64,000 nt of DNA from Rebecca billardiae RCC1528 (GCA_965240325.2 OZ251229.1:186001-250000); one strand, 5' to 3'. Counted from the first letter of the stretch, positions 30,376 through 41,574 are shown. Numbers and translations are program-made. Notes: generated by a model not told the origin, from the sequence alone.

Positions 30376-33041
30376 GCCGGTGCTGACGACGTTGCCACGT
30401 CTGCGGCGGGCGGACGTCAGTCTGCGGCGGCCCGAGGCCCGCCGCCCGCGCCCGGATTATTTTATATTTTACATTTCAAAATGTATATATAAACTCTGCC
30501 CTGGCGGGCGGGGGGGTCGGCGGGCCGTGCCAGTGCTGTCGCAATATTTCCCCAGCGGGTTCGCGTCTTTTAGCGGATTGACGGGCAGGATGACGAATAA
30601 TAACAATGCGACATACAGATGATGGTGAGCTACCCGACGGCACTGACGAATAATAACGCGACAGATGACTCTGGTGCGAGCTCACCGACAGTGTGATTGC
30701 GCGTGTATTCGTGCACCCACTGCGCTACTCGTCATCGTGCCGAGCCTTCACGACTGCGCGCACGCACTGCCAACTGATTGCCGTGCGACGGCGGCGTGCT
30801 CACTTGTACGCCTGACGGTGACGGTTTGTTCTTGGAGCTAAACACGAAAACAGTTCAAGTTGTGGCGGAGTGTGATGTCATGATTCATTTGTTCAGGTCG
30901 TCCGGAAGTTAGTGCATCCTACCGAATTCTGTCTCTCTGTAGTCTCTGTCTCTCTATGTTGATTTAGCTGAGATCGTGTGTCGCCAGGATGCCAATGTCC
31001 GCACCGGGCACGCGCTCGTCGGCGCTCGCCGCTCCGCGCGCCAGGTCCGGCACTCGCACGTTCGGCGGTATCAGGAGCTCTCGGTGGTGCGCGCGCGCGC
31101 AGTGCGAGAGCGTGTGCCACTCGCGATCGAGGGTGGGCACGACTACGAGCTGCTCGAGCAGGCACATGAAGCGCAGCGCATGTGCCACTGGCTTCACGAC
31201 GTCGGCCTCGTCCCGCAGCGCCCGTGCCATGGTGGAGGATGGCGCGGCGATCTTGCACGCGCGACGTTGCATCTCTTTGCGAGTGAGCGCCCTGGAACGG
31301 TTGTATCGCGCTGTCGCCTCAGTCGTCGACTCGCGAAGACGCGATTCCTGCCACGGCGGCAGACCCAGCAGGTGCGTGCGGTGCGCCTCGTACGCCGCTT
31401 TGCGCTGCGCCTCCGTCGCATTGGCCACCGTCGACGCAATGCAGGCCGGACGTGGGTTGAGCGATCTTTGGCCGCGATCGCGAAAGATGATCGCTACCGG
31501 GTCTTGTACGCAAACGGATTTGCATGCGCCCGTTCCTTGAGAAGTTGTGGCACGCGACAGTCCGGTGCGCGGATTCCGGCGATCGAGTTCAGAAGGCCGC
31601 GCCAAATCGTGCGTCGCGTGCGATGGCGCTTCCCGCCCGCGAGACGCCTCGTGATGAGGGCTTTCTCGCACCGAGCCCGACGCGCGACGGTGGATCACGC
31701 GAGGTGGCTGTCATGCGCAGCGCTTGCTACTATGGCCGGTGCGAGCGCTCGACGTGCAAGTCAGGCGAGGACCGCCCCAGGTCGCACGATCGTGTCGACG
31801 CGCCGAGCGTACCGCTCCAAACGCGTCGATTTCGCCCCCGTTCGACCTGCACGCGAGACGACGAGGGCAGCAATCGCAAATCGGGCGAAAACCCCCCTCG
31901 GGAGTCCTCTCACGATGTCCGCGCCGGCGTTGGATTTGGCGCGCGCCGCCCATGCGCTCCGCGCCATGACGCAACTCTTTTTCGGCCGAGCGTCCCCAGT
32001 GGGAGCTGCGAGGGCGCCCGGTAGTGAGCGAAGCGACCCGGCAGTGAGCGAGGCGATTTTCTTTTCTCTGCGAGGCGATTTTCTTTTTTCTTTTTCTTTT
32101 TCTTATCTTTTTCCCGGGCACTACAAGGGGCGGACCTACGGCCCGCCATTATTTATTTATTATATATATATGAATATGTCTAGCCGTCCTCGAAGCGCCT
32201 GCGCCATCCAGATCGGCAGCGAGGAGGCGAGGCACACGCCGGGCCGAGGGCGGAGCCACGCGGCGAGATACCAGACTTTATACATATTGTATCATAATAT
32301 GGGATTTTGGTCCTCGGAAACAAAGTGCGAGCGGCAGCCAGCGCTCGGGCCGAGCGCGCGCAGCTTGGAAGGCGCAGCTCGAGAGCCGCCAAGCCACACG
32401 AGAGCAAGGCACGAAGCACCATCGTGCAGAGGGCATCGCGAAGATGCGGGCCGGAAACAGCTGCAGCCATCATGCCAGTGGGCACTTCCGAAGGGCGTTC
32501 GCTGCGAGTGAGCGAGAGGCACTGGACTGCGCTCGGCGCCTGATGGAAAAACCCAGTTCGCCAATAATTGGCCGTCCTGTGCCGCCGCCAACCTTGCCTA
32601 TTTGCCTAGGGCCCAGGAGCATCACAGCTGAGTAGGTTGTTCGGGGTCGTTGTGCGAGCGATAGAGCAGGCTCGAAAGTCCCTCGTGGCATGAGAAGCCA
32701 GGGTGGCCAAGATGGCAGCCGGACTTGAGCTCGGCCGCCTGGCTCGGGCCGAATGGCAGGCAGGTGTTGATATGCTGGCGCATTGCGCTCCCTCTGCCCT
32801 CAGGCTCCCACCGTCCGCTCTTAAGACAATCAGTCGTTATATATATTGTATGCCAATAATAACCCCACATATATATTTAAGCTTATTCGATCAGCGCGCT
32901 GTCGTCTTATTCTTAAGTGCTACTAAGTACTAGGCCGCGGTAGTAGTACTTAACTAACTGCTCAGTGACGACTCTTACCGTATCTGCTTCTGATGTCGTC
33001 GCCGTACACGTGTCCGAGCAGTGGCGGAGCAGTCAGCGTCC

Positions 33042-34361
33042 TTATAGCAGCAGCGCGTCGTACGTGCTGAGCGTGCACGCGGGCTGCGGCAGCTCCGCGT
33101 CGGGCACGCCGGGCCTGATCCACCGCCACGTCATCACGCCGCACGTGTGCCCGCACGGGTCGAGCCAGTTGGCGGGCGCGCCGGGCGCGCCGCCCTTGCC
33201 TCCGAGCGCGCGCGGCGGCGGGCGGTGGCTGACAACGACGCACACGGAGCCGTCGGCGGCGTACTCGGCCGAGAGCTTATTCACGTGCACGCGCTCGTGC
33301 CGGTAGTCGAGCGACTCCATCCAGTGGTTGCACAGCACGAAGTTCCAGTTGTCGCACGGCGGCGGTGCCGCGCGCACGACCAGAGCCTCTGCGTGCCCCA
33401 CCCGCCAGTACGAGTGGTAGTAGCGGATGTTCGGGTCGCCGCCCGCCTTGTTCGAGCGCTCGACGTCGAAGAGCGGCAGCGTGTTCACGTGCGGCTGGAA
33501 CGAGCGGATCCACCCGTTGAACATGAGCGGCGCGCCCGCGACGAGCAGCGCCGTCTTGCGGAGGCCCTCCTCTAGCTGCGCCGGGCTCAGCTGGCGCCGG
33601 GCGGCCGCGGCCGCGCCGCCGCTGTCGGCCGAGCCGTCGGGGCCGACGAGCTCGACGTCGAGGCGCGCCGGCGTCTCGCGCGCGCGGTCGAGGAACGTGT
33701 GCCGCACGAGCAGCATCCCGTCGCGCGGCTCGCGAGCAGAGCGCAGCCAGTTCAGCGCGCCGTCCGGCCGCTCGGGCGCCACCCACAGCTCGATGTACCC
33801 ACCTGGGTACTCGGACGCGCTGCGGCCGGCCGGGGGCGGGCACGGGCGGAGCTCGCTCGACTCGGCGTACGAGACGGTCTGCAGCCCACCCGGCGCGCCG
33901 TACGACCCCGCCTGCACGCCGAAGCCCAGGTACGCCACCGTGCCGCGCGCGCCGTGCACGCGGTACGTGCGCGCGCCCTCGATGGCCGCGTTCTCGTACA
34001 GGTTGTCGGGCGAGTCGGAGCCGAGCTTGACGGGGGCCTCGCGGAGGCCGTTGGCGATGGAGACGAGGCGCGGCGCGAGCGGGTCCGACGCCTCGATGAA
34101 GTTCTCCAGCCCGCCGCGCACGAGCCGTGTCAGGTAGCGGTACGCCTCGGCCTGCGTGAGCGCGTCGCGCGGCGCGCCGGGCGCGAGGATGGCCGCGCCC
34201 GCGCCCTTGAGCTGCTCGCAGAACTCCTCCCATGCGGCGCCGCTGGCCACGTTCTGGTAGCTCTCGTCCGCCTCGCTCGAGCCGCGCAGCGCCAGCACCC
34301 ACCGCCGGTACCGCCTGTACGCGTTGAGGAGCCGCGCGACGAGCCGGCCGATGAATCCCAT
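33042..34361 (-). CDS. DUF1214-domain protein, bacterial-type, intronless
   Basis: AWEEFCEQLKGAG...AEAYRYLTRL...KLGSDSPDNLY...YRVHGARGTV...NHWMESLDYR...DGSVCVVVSH...NWLDPCGH..GVMTWRW. Confidence 0.8.
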   Translation of the reverse strand: MGFIGRLVARLLNAYRRYRRWVLALRGSSEADESYQNVASGAAWEEFCEQLKGAGAAILAPGAPRDALTQAEAYRYLTRLVRGGLENFIEASDPLAPRLVSIANGLREAPVKLGSDSPDNLYENAAIEGARTYRVHGARGTVAYLGFGVQAGSYGAPGGLQTVSYAESSELRPCPPPAGRSASEYPGGYIELWVAPERPDGALNWLRSAREPRDGMLLVRHTFLDRARETPARLDVELVGPDGSADSGGAAAAARRQLSPAQLEEGLRKTALLVAGAPLMFNGWIRSFQPHVNTLPLFDVERSNKAGGDPNIRYYHSYWRVGHAEALVVRAAPPPCDNWNFVLCNHWMESLDYRHERVHVNKLSAEYAADGSVCVVVSHRPPPRALGGKGGAPGAPANWLDPCGHTCGVMTWRWIRPGVPDAELPQPACTLSTYDALLL

Positions 34362-34651
34362 GGCGGCCGTGGGCGCGGTCTTGATGACAATAACCTGAGC
34401 AATCCGGTGGCACGGTCCTGTGCGTGCTACCTCAGTGACCATGTGCTCAGCATCGGATACGACGACTCCCTCACTCCCGCGGCCAACGCGCTCCGACATC
34501 CTCCATTGAACTCCATTCAGTACTTCGACAGACGAATCAGGAGAGCTGCGCCCTCGTGCCTGTGTCTTTAAATCATAGAATTAGTATGAGGAAGTTCGCA
34601 CTGACGCGCTGCGACACGCCGACGACATCAGGGTGTGGGACTCTGTGCGCC

Positions 34652-37204
34652 TACAGTTTACTAAGAATAAGAGACGCACACAGCTCAGGCAGGCGAGAAC
34701 AGTACGGTTCAAGCTAATACGTCGTATTGTACTATACTATACTAGTAGTAGCTAGTAGTAACAGACTAGTCAGACTACAGACTCAGTTACAGAGTACGTA
34801 GACTACTCGGACTAAATAGGAGTAATACAGGCAATCGCGGGCAATAAGGAGCTGACAGCTGTCACGTTAAGAAACTGGGGCTTGCTATCTGCGGATCTGG
34901 CCTAGAAACTGAGACTAGCGATTGGCTGGTTCGCTATACGCGCATAGTCACACTAAGAAACCGGGACTATGTCGTCGCGGCTCGGACGAGTGGTCGACGC
35001 CGCCAGGCGCCGCGACCGGTCGGCCCGGTGCGGGCCGTGCGGGACGGGCGGCGCGCGGCCCGCGACTACGAACTCGCACAGGCCAAGTCCCGACTCTTCT
35101 GAGGACTGACTCCTGGCTGGCCAGTGCACCACTGCACCGCAGCATCCATGCAACATCATGCCAGATTTACTGCTCCAAAATGGCCCAAACTTTTCTTCCG
35201 GGCCGCCTCGCCGGCCAGTACTAGAGTAGAGTACGCGGTAAGTCGGTAACTTAAGCCTTAAGGCCTAAATAAATACTACTAGACTCAGCGCCAGCGGGGC
35301 CGCGGCTCTGCCCCCTGCGCCCCCCGCGCCTGCGCGGCGGGCGGCGGACCTGCTAGCTAAGAATAAACTGAGACTCCGTAGGCGCTCGGGCTACCGAACG
35401 GCTAAGAAACCGAGACTATTGCCGTGAGTGAGAGATCTCTCGGACTTCTTATTAGTTATTGCCCGCGATTGCCTGTAACTAGCCTGAGTCTGCTCCGAAG
35501 ACTGCGGCCACTCAGAAAGGCCACCACGCCGGCGCAGCCTGGGAGCTCCCGCGGGCACGCTCCGCCGCCTTCTCGCTCACGTACACCTCGAGCTCGACGA
35601 GCCGGAGTGCGCCGCTGGGCCAGCCGATGATCCTCTCATACGCGGTGCCTGGGGCGGAGGACGCCTGGCGCAGGTCGCCGCCTGCGCTCAGGATGTCCTC
35701 GGTGCCCGGCCCGGTGATGCCGCCCATCACGGCGGCCTGGCCGCGCCCGATGACCAGGTCCGCCGCGCCGAAGCACGGCCCGGACGAGGCGTAGTCGAAG
35801 AGGCACGCGTCCCCGCCCGGGAAGACGGGCGCCTTGCGCCAGCCGCCGCCGCCGTCATCCACAAACAGGAACGCCGCCATCGACTGGCCGTAGTCGTCCG
35901 AGCTGCGCCAGCCGAGCGGGTTGAAGCCGCCGAGAGTGGCGCCGCTACGCGCGCGCGCGACCACCAGGCCCGAGCCCTTGTTGTCCACGCAGCTGTGGAA
36001 CGCGCCCGCGGACCAGCCGTCGACGCTCGCCTTGAAGCAGCGCACGAGCTCGACCGACTGTGGGTCGAGCGAAGTGCCCTGGAGCAGCGGCGTGGGCAGC
36101 GGCAGCTGCTTCGGCGCGATGCCCGCGGCGCTCAGCGGGTCGGGCAGCCTGACACCACTGGCGGGCGCAGCGACGAGCAGCACAGCCGCGAGAAGAGCAG
36201 CTCGTCGCGACATGATGGCCGTCGCCGTCGCCATCGTGGTCAGTACTGGTACTGTACCAGTAAGATCGTTCACCGGTGGCACTCGCCCCCCCGCTTGGAC
36301 ACCCCCCGGGGTGTAGCCAGGGAGGTGCCAGCAGCAGCGCCGGCGCTCAAGCACCACCCGTCGCGCCGCGTGGCGACCCCCCCGTGGTGGGGCGTGGCCC
36401 GCCGGCCAAACGGAGCCGCCCGGATTCCGATACCCTGCAGCAGCCTCTCTGGCCTGGCGCCCCCGCTCCTGACCAGCCCAGACCCCCGACGCCTGCGGTG
36501 CCGGAGGCCCCGCCCCTACGCAAGTCTGCCAGGCTGTGCCAGCGCCGCACGCGCGGCGCGGCCATGACTGCAGCTCCACACCGGCAAAACGACGCTTCGC
36601 GCGCACCCGGCGCGCCGACACAGCCTGCCCGGGAGAAGCCAGCAGGGGCTGACCTTGGGCAGCAGCCATACATGCAGGCCAGCATGAGCGGCGGGGTGGC
36701 ATCAGAGCCGGCCCCGGCCCGCAAACGCAAACAGCCGGACGCCCCGGCCCACACAGCTGATGCGCCAGCAAACCCTGCTCCGGGCCACAGAACCCTGCCG
36801 CCGGCTTTGAGGCCGACACGCCACACTGGGGCACATATCACCTGAGGGCCGGGCCTTCTGTGTGATAAGCTACCCCAGTCATGCCGCTTGATACACACCT
36901 TCCCCAACTGACAGTGGGGCTCTACATTCCCTACTACATCCTCATCCTGTCGGCGCGCTGTCGCATCGGCGCCCAGTCGGCGAGTTCGGACGACGACGTT
37001 TTGTGGACGACGGTGGGGCGAGGACGACGGGCGCTGGCGCGCCGCGAGGCGGCCGCAGCCCTCATCCAGGCCTCGCAGGCGGACGGCTGAACGAATTTTT
37101 CCGGCGGCGCTACCATCGGCGACGGCTTCATGGGCGGTGACAGTTGGCGGGCGTCAATCTCGCCTGCCTGAGCTGTGTGCGTCTCTTATTCTTAGTAAAC
37201 TGTA
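34652..37204. mobile_element. Putative non-autonomous Tc1/mariner-like element defined by perfect terminal inverted repeats (34652-34698 / 37158-37204, including the TA)
   Basis: TACAGTTTACTAAGAATAAGAGACGCACACAGCTCAGGCAGGCGAGA and its exact reverse complement, with TA|CAG...CTG|TA ends. No transposase seen. Confidence 0.65.
35512..36234 (-). CDS. TLDc (OXR1-like) domain protein with signal peptide, probably plastid-targeted
   Basis: CFKASVDGWSAGAFHSCVDNKG...LGGFNPLGW...AFLF...GPCFGAADL...LVELEVY. N-terminal AALLAAVLLVAAPASG. Start at 36234 or 36213. Confidence 0.88.
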   Translation of the reverse strand: MATATAIMSRRAALLAAVLLVAAPASGVRLPDPLSAAGIAPKQLPLPTPLLQGTSLDPQSVELVRCFKASVDGWSAGAFHSCVDNKGSGLVVARARSGATLGGFNPLGWRSSDDYGQSMAAFLFVDDGGGGWRKAPVFPGGDACLFDYASSGPCFGAADLVIGRGQAAVMGGITGPGTEDILSAGGDLRQASSAPGTAYERIIGWPSGALRLVELEVYVSEKAAERARGSSQAAPAWWPF

Positions 37205-37306
37205 CCCCCATACACTCTCTAACTCGGTCGCTCGTGCGGCGCACACCTGGGCGCAGAGGAATCTGGAACCCGCCGGGCGCGCGCGCCTCACTCAACAGCG
37301 AGCTGA

Positions 37307-39235
37307 ATGCTGTGCCTCGTCGTGGCCGCGTGTTCGCTCGCGGGCGGTGGCGCCCCGTCGGCGGTGGCGGCCCGCACGCGCGAGATGCGCTCAGCCATCG
37401 CGCGCGACACGTGGCGCGCCACCGCCCTCTCCGAGCCCGAGGAGCGCGAGGGCGTCCGCTGGGACCTGCGCGAGCGCACGCGGCTGTTCGACGCGGTCCC
37501 GGACGCGCGCGAGAAGCTGGAGGAGTTCCTCGGGCTGGCGGGCACGTACTACCTGAACGGGCTGTCGAGCTGCCGCATCGGCGAGCGCCTCGTCCACCCC
37601 TTCGAGGCCCACGGCTACGTCAAGGCGCTCACCTTCCACGGCGACGGCACGGCGACGTACCGCGCGCGCGTCGTGCAGACGCCGTGCGCCGCGCTCGAGC
37701 GGCAGAGCGGCACGGTGCTCTTCCGCGGCGTGATGTCGTACGCGGTGCGTCCTGGGACGCCCGGCCCGCTCGGCGCGCTCGCGCCGCTCCTCAACGCGCT
37801 CTCGCCGCAGGAGCGCAACACGGCCAACCTGTGCACGCGCCTCTGGCCGCCCACGCAGCACGCGGGGCCGTCGGCGGTCGAGCCGGTGCTCATCGCGGGG
37901 GGCGACAACGGCGTGCCGTTCGCACTGGACCCCGAGACGCTCGAGACGCGCGGCCCGCTGCCCAGCTCGAACGCCGCCTTCCGCGCGCTCGCGGGCAAGC
38001 GGCTGCTCGCGCACACGCGGTACGACGCGTCACGCGGCCGCGTGGTGTTTGCGGCGTCCGACATCGAGCTCGGACCGGGTGGCGCGCGCTCGCGGCTCGA
38101 GTTCTGGGAGGTGGACGCGCAGGGCGAGGTGGTGTCGCACGCGCAGCACGGCACCGACTTCATGGTGATGCACGACTTCGCCATCACCGAGCACTACTAC
38201 GTCGTGCCCAAGAACCCCGCGCGGCTGGAGTGGCGCGGGCTCGGCCGCTTCCTCCTCGGCCTCAGCCGCGGCGTGGGCGTGTTCGACATGGCGCGCGAGC
38301 AGCAGACGGCGGTCCTGCTGATCCCGCGCGGGCACGCGCGGGAGGAGCGGCGCGTGGTCGAGGCGCCCGCCGGCGGCTTCTTCACCTCCTTCCACTTCGG
38401 GCCGTGCTACGAGCGCGACGGCGGCGCGGCGGCGAGCGGCGCGAGCGCGGGCGCGGGCGAGGGCGAGGGGGCGCGCGCGGGCGCGGGCGCGGGCGCGCGC
38501 GCGGGCGCGGGCCAGCTGGTCGTGCACGCCAACGTGTTCGACCAGTACCGCTTCGGCGGCGAGATGGGCTTCGTCGCCGAGGCAGACGACTTCGACCCGA
38601 TCGGCTGGTCCGCCTCAGAGGACGCGCCGCCGCCGCGGCTCGACCGCATCGTGATTGACCTGGAGTCTGCCGCGGTCGTGTCGCGCGAGCGGCTGGGCGC
38701 GACGTGTGCGCGGCTGCACTCGGCGCCGCCGCCGCCGGACGAGCCCGAGGCGTTCGACGTGCCGGTGGACATGCCCACGCTGCACCCGCTGCGCGACGGG
38801 CAGCCCGCGCGGTACTGCTACTGCACCGGCGGCGCCCGGCTCGAGGGCTGGTTCCCTTGGAACTCGGTCGTGAAGCTCGACCTGGGCGAGGGCGTGCCGG
38901 ACGGGCGGCGCGCGGCCGCGTGGGCGGCGGCCGAGACGTCGGTCGTCTCCGAGCCCATGTTCCTGCCGCGCGCCGACGGCGGGCTCGTGTGGCGCGGCGC
39001 GGAGCACGAGGACGACGGCTGGCTCGTCTCCGTCGTGCACGACACGGTGGGCGGCACGTGCGAGCTCGTCGTCTTCGACGCGGCGTTGTTTGAGCAGGGC
39101 CCGTTTGCGGCCGTGCAGCTGGGCGAGCTGTACCCGTGGGACGTGCACGGCCAGTGGGTGCCGCACCCGCGCGCAGCGGGGGCGGAGGCGGCCGCCGCGT
39201 CGCACGGCCCCGGGCAGCCCGGCGTCGGCGCCTGA
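37307..39235 (+). CDS. Carotenoid cleavage dioxygenase (RPE65/CCD family), CCD7-like motifs
   Basis: Four candidate Fe-ligand His residues (AHTRYD, MHDFAITEHY, SFHF, VHGQW), plus FALDPETLET, SEPMFLPR and EDDGWL. N-terminal signal peptide. Confidence 0.9.
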   Translation: MLCLVVAACSLAGGGAPSAVAARTREMRSAIARDTWRATALSEPEEREGVRWDLRERTRLFDAVPDAREKLEEFLGLAGTYYLNGLSSCRIGERLVHPFEAHGYVKALTFHGDGTATYRARVVQTPCAALERQSGTVLFRGVMSYAVRPGTPGPLGALAPLLNALSPQERNTANLCTRLWPPTQHAGPSAVEPVLIAGGDNGVPFALDPETLETRGPLPSSNAAFRALAGKRLLAHTRYDASRGRVVFAASDIELGPGGARSRLEFWEVDAQGEVVSHAQHGTDFMVMHDFAITEHYYVVPKNPARLEWRGLGRFLLGLSRGVGVFDMAREQQTAVLLIPRGHAREERRVVEAPAGGFFTSFHFGPCYERDGGAAASGASAGAGEGEGARAGAGAGARAGAGQLVVHANVFDQYRFGGEMGFVAEADDFDPIGWSASEDAPPPRLDRIVIDLESAAVVSRERLGATCARLHSAPPPPDEPEAFDVPVDMPTLHPLRDGQPARYCYCTGGARLEGWFPWNSVVKLDLGEGVPDGRRAAAWAAAETSVVSEPMFLPRADGGLVWRGAEHEDDGWLVSVVHDTVGGTCELVVFDAALFEQGPFAAVQLGELYPWDVHGQWVPHPRAAGAEAAAASHGPGQPGVGA

Positions 39236-39739
39236 CCGGGCGAAGAGCGCCGTCATCGCTGGGGCCGCGCCAGCGGCGCCATCCACGCCGCCACGGGACC
39301 GGGTGCATGATTTTACTATGCCGTAACTATGCGCTGGCCGCGGGACCTCAGCTGCATGCAGACTCAGTGCGTGCATGCTCACTAAACACTATACGACGAC
39401 GATAAGATCCGCCAGCAATAATATAGCAGCATGCGCCGATGCGGCGCGGTGAGTCATCACTGCTACTTATTATATTCCTTGCCGCCAATTACTTATATTT
39501 TTATTCATTTTTGCGACCTCGGACCTTAGTACAAGTCCGAGGCCGAGGCCGGGCCGGCGACAATACGTTCTAAAGTGGTCACATCGTCATCAAGCTGTGC
39601 GCTGGCGACGCGCTGCTGCCTGCCATTGAGCAGCGTGCGCAGTGCCGCTGCCACTACCAATCGATGAGCCCGTCCGTGCCGCTGCCCACTCAGTCTCAGG
39701 GGCGCTTCTCACAGACAGTCACAGTCGTCTCACGCGTCG

Positions 39740-40822
39740 TCACTCCTTGAGCCCGTGCTCGGCCGTCTCCTCGATCGCCTGCCAGATCTTGACGGGGATG
39801 GGCATCTTGCCCGCGGCGCGGCGCTCGCTCGCAATGCGCGCCGACGACTCGCCCGGCAGCCGGATCGACGGCCCGGACTCCTTGACCGCCTTGAGCACGC
39901 TCGACGCCTTGTCCCCAAACTGGTCGACCAGCCCGTCCGCGCGGATGGCAATCATCGTGTGGCCCCACGACTTGGCGGCCTTCTTCGACTCGCACTGGCC
40001 GAGCACGGCGGCGCCGGGCAGCGCGCCCGCGAGCAGCTCCACCACCAGCGAGAGCCCCGCGCCCTTGTGCCCGCCGAACGTCGCGATCGCGCCGCCGTCG
40101 AGCGCCTGCGCCGCGTCCGTCGTCCAGCTGCCGTCCCGGCCGTACGCGACGCCGTCCGGGAGCGGCTCGCCCTTCGCCTTGGCGGTGAGCACGCCGAAGA
40201 GCGCGATGGCCGAGGTGGCCATGTCGAAGACGAACGGTGGGTCGCTCGGCACGCCCACCGCCAGCGGGTTCGTCCCGAACACCGCCTTCCCGCCCGGCGC
40301 GGCCGCGACAAACTCAGGCGAGTTGGCGAGGCAGAGGCCGATCACGCCGCGCTTGGCCATGCGCTCGGCGTAGTAGGCGAGCTGGCCGGAGGAGGTGGAG
40401 GTGTTGTACGCGCCAACGATCGAGATGGTCGGCGCGTCCTTCCCGGCGAGCACCTTGTCCGCCGCCAGGTCCGCCGCCGTGACCGCCGCGAGCATGCCTG
40501 GGCTCTGGTTTGCGTTCACCACCGCAGAGTCGCGCGTGTCGCGCTCGACCTGCGGCAGCGAGGCGCCTGGTGCCGGCGCCATCAGCGCGGGCTGGTACAT
40601 CTTCACGAGACCCTGGTTGTTGCCACAGAGCTCGGCGGACACCATGATGTCCGCCTGCAGCGACGCCTCCTGCTCGCCCCAGCCAATCTTGCGCAGCGCC
40701 GCCGCCGTCTTGGCGCGCGCCTCCTCGATGGGCACCTCGATGCTGTCCGCCGCCGCGCTGGCGAAGACGCGCGCGTGCGGCATCAGCCGCGCCGGGCCGC
40801 GTCGGCTCACCGCCGAGAGCAT
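39740..40822 (-). CDS. Ldh_2 family NAD(P)-dependent oxidoreductase (malate/L-lactate/sulfolactate dehydrogenase-like) with mitochondrial-type presequence
   Basis: FGTNPLAVGVP, FVFDMATSA, GVAYGRDGSWTTD, FGGHKGAGL, IRLPGE. N-terminus MLSAVSRRGPARLM. Confidence 0.88.
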   Translation of the reverse strand: MLSAVSRRGPARLMPHARVFASAAADSIEVPIEEARAKTAAALRKIGWGEQEASLQADIMVSAELCGNNQGLVKMYQPALMAPAPGASLPQVERDTRDSAVVNANQSPGMLAAVTAADLAADKVLAGKDAPTISIVGAYNTSTSSGQLAYYAERMAKRGVIGLCLANSPEFVAAAPGGKAVFGTNPLAVGVPSDPPFVFDMATSAIALFGVLTAKAKGEPLPDGVAYGRDGSWTTDAAQALDGGAIATFGGHKGAGLSLVVELLAGALPGAAVLGQCESKKAAKSWGHTMIAIRADGLVDQFGDKASSVLKAVKESGPSIRLPGESSARIASERRAAGKMPIPVKIWQAIEETAEHGLKE

Positions 40823-41574
40823 GCTAGACTGCCGGCTGCCGAGCGCGCGCGCACGCGCGAGGTCGTTGATGACGACGTGCGGGCGTCAAGTCGCCACGCG
40901 AGCGGTCGGATTCAGATGCACAAGATCGATTCCGGTTCCACGGTGGCGGCAGCCCTGCGCCACCCAAAAAAAGATGAGCGTCCACCTGTCCCGCACATCT
41001 AGTGTCTCGAGATTTGGTGTGTCAGAGAAATGAGAATGCTCGTGAGACTTCTCTTATTGCATTTTTTTCTCTAGAACTACTACCGTAGTCTAGCAGCCGT
41101 CTAGCGGCCGAAGGTCGCGGCCTCCGCTCGATAGACGGCTCGCCCGGCCGGGCAATCTGACGATGCAGATGGAATGATGTCAACTACATACATCTATACG
41201 CCTATGATGATAGCACCTCGGATGCACAGCTCAACAGTCTGGAGTGCCGAATGGGCAGCAGCGTCGCGACGCCAGCGCGAGAGCGTGCGCGCGCTGGGAC
41301 GGCTGCCGCCGAGCGAGACGGGCCGCGGGCCTACCACGGCGGCTGCGCTCTCGCCGTCGAGAGGCCGAGGGCTCCCGCGCAGGGCGCGGGGGGATGCGTG
41401 TGCGAGACAAGGACACAGAGGACGGGGTCGTGGCGGAAGCTGAAGAGGTGCGGAAGCGCGCCCCGAGTCGTCGGGCCAGCGCATGGCGGCGGCCGCACGG
41501 GCCAGCCGAGCGCCGGCCTCAGAGTCGCACCCGGCGTGCGGCGTGCGGCGGCGGGCGCGGGCGTCGTGCGGCGC

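Noticed and set aside
36240-37157. Transposase remnant inside the TIR-bounded unit
   Set aside because: No HTH or DDE/D motif was recognisable in any listed frame.
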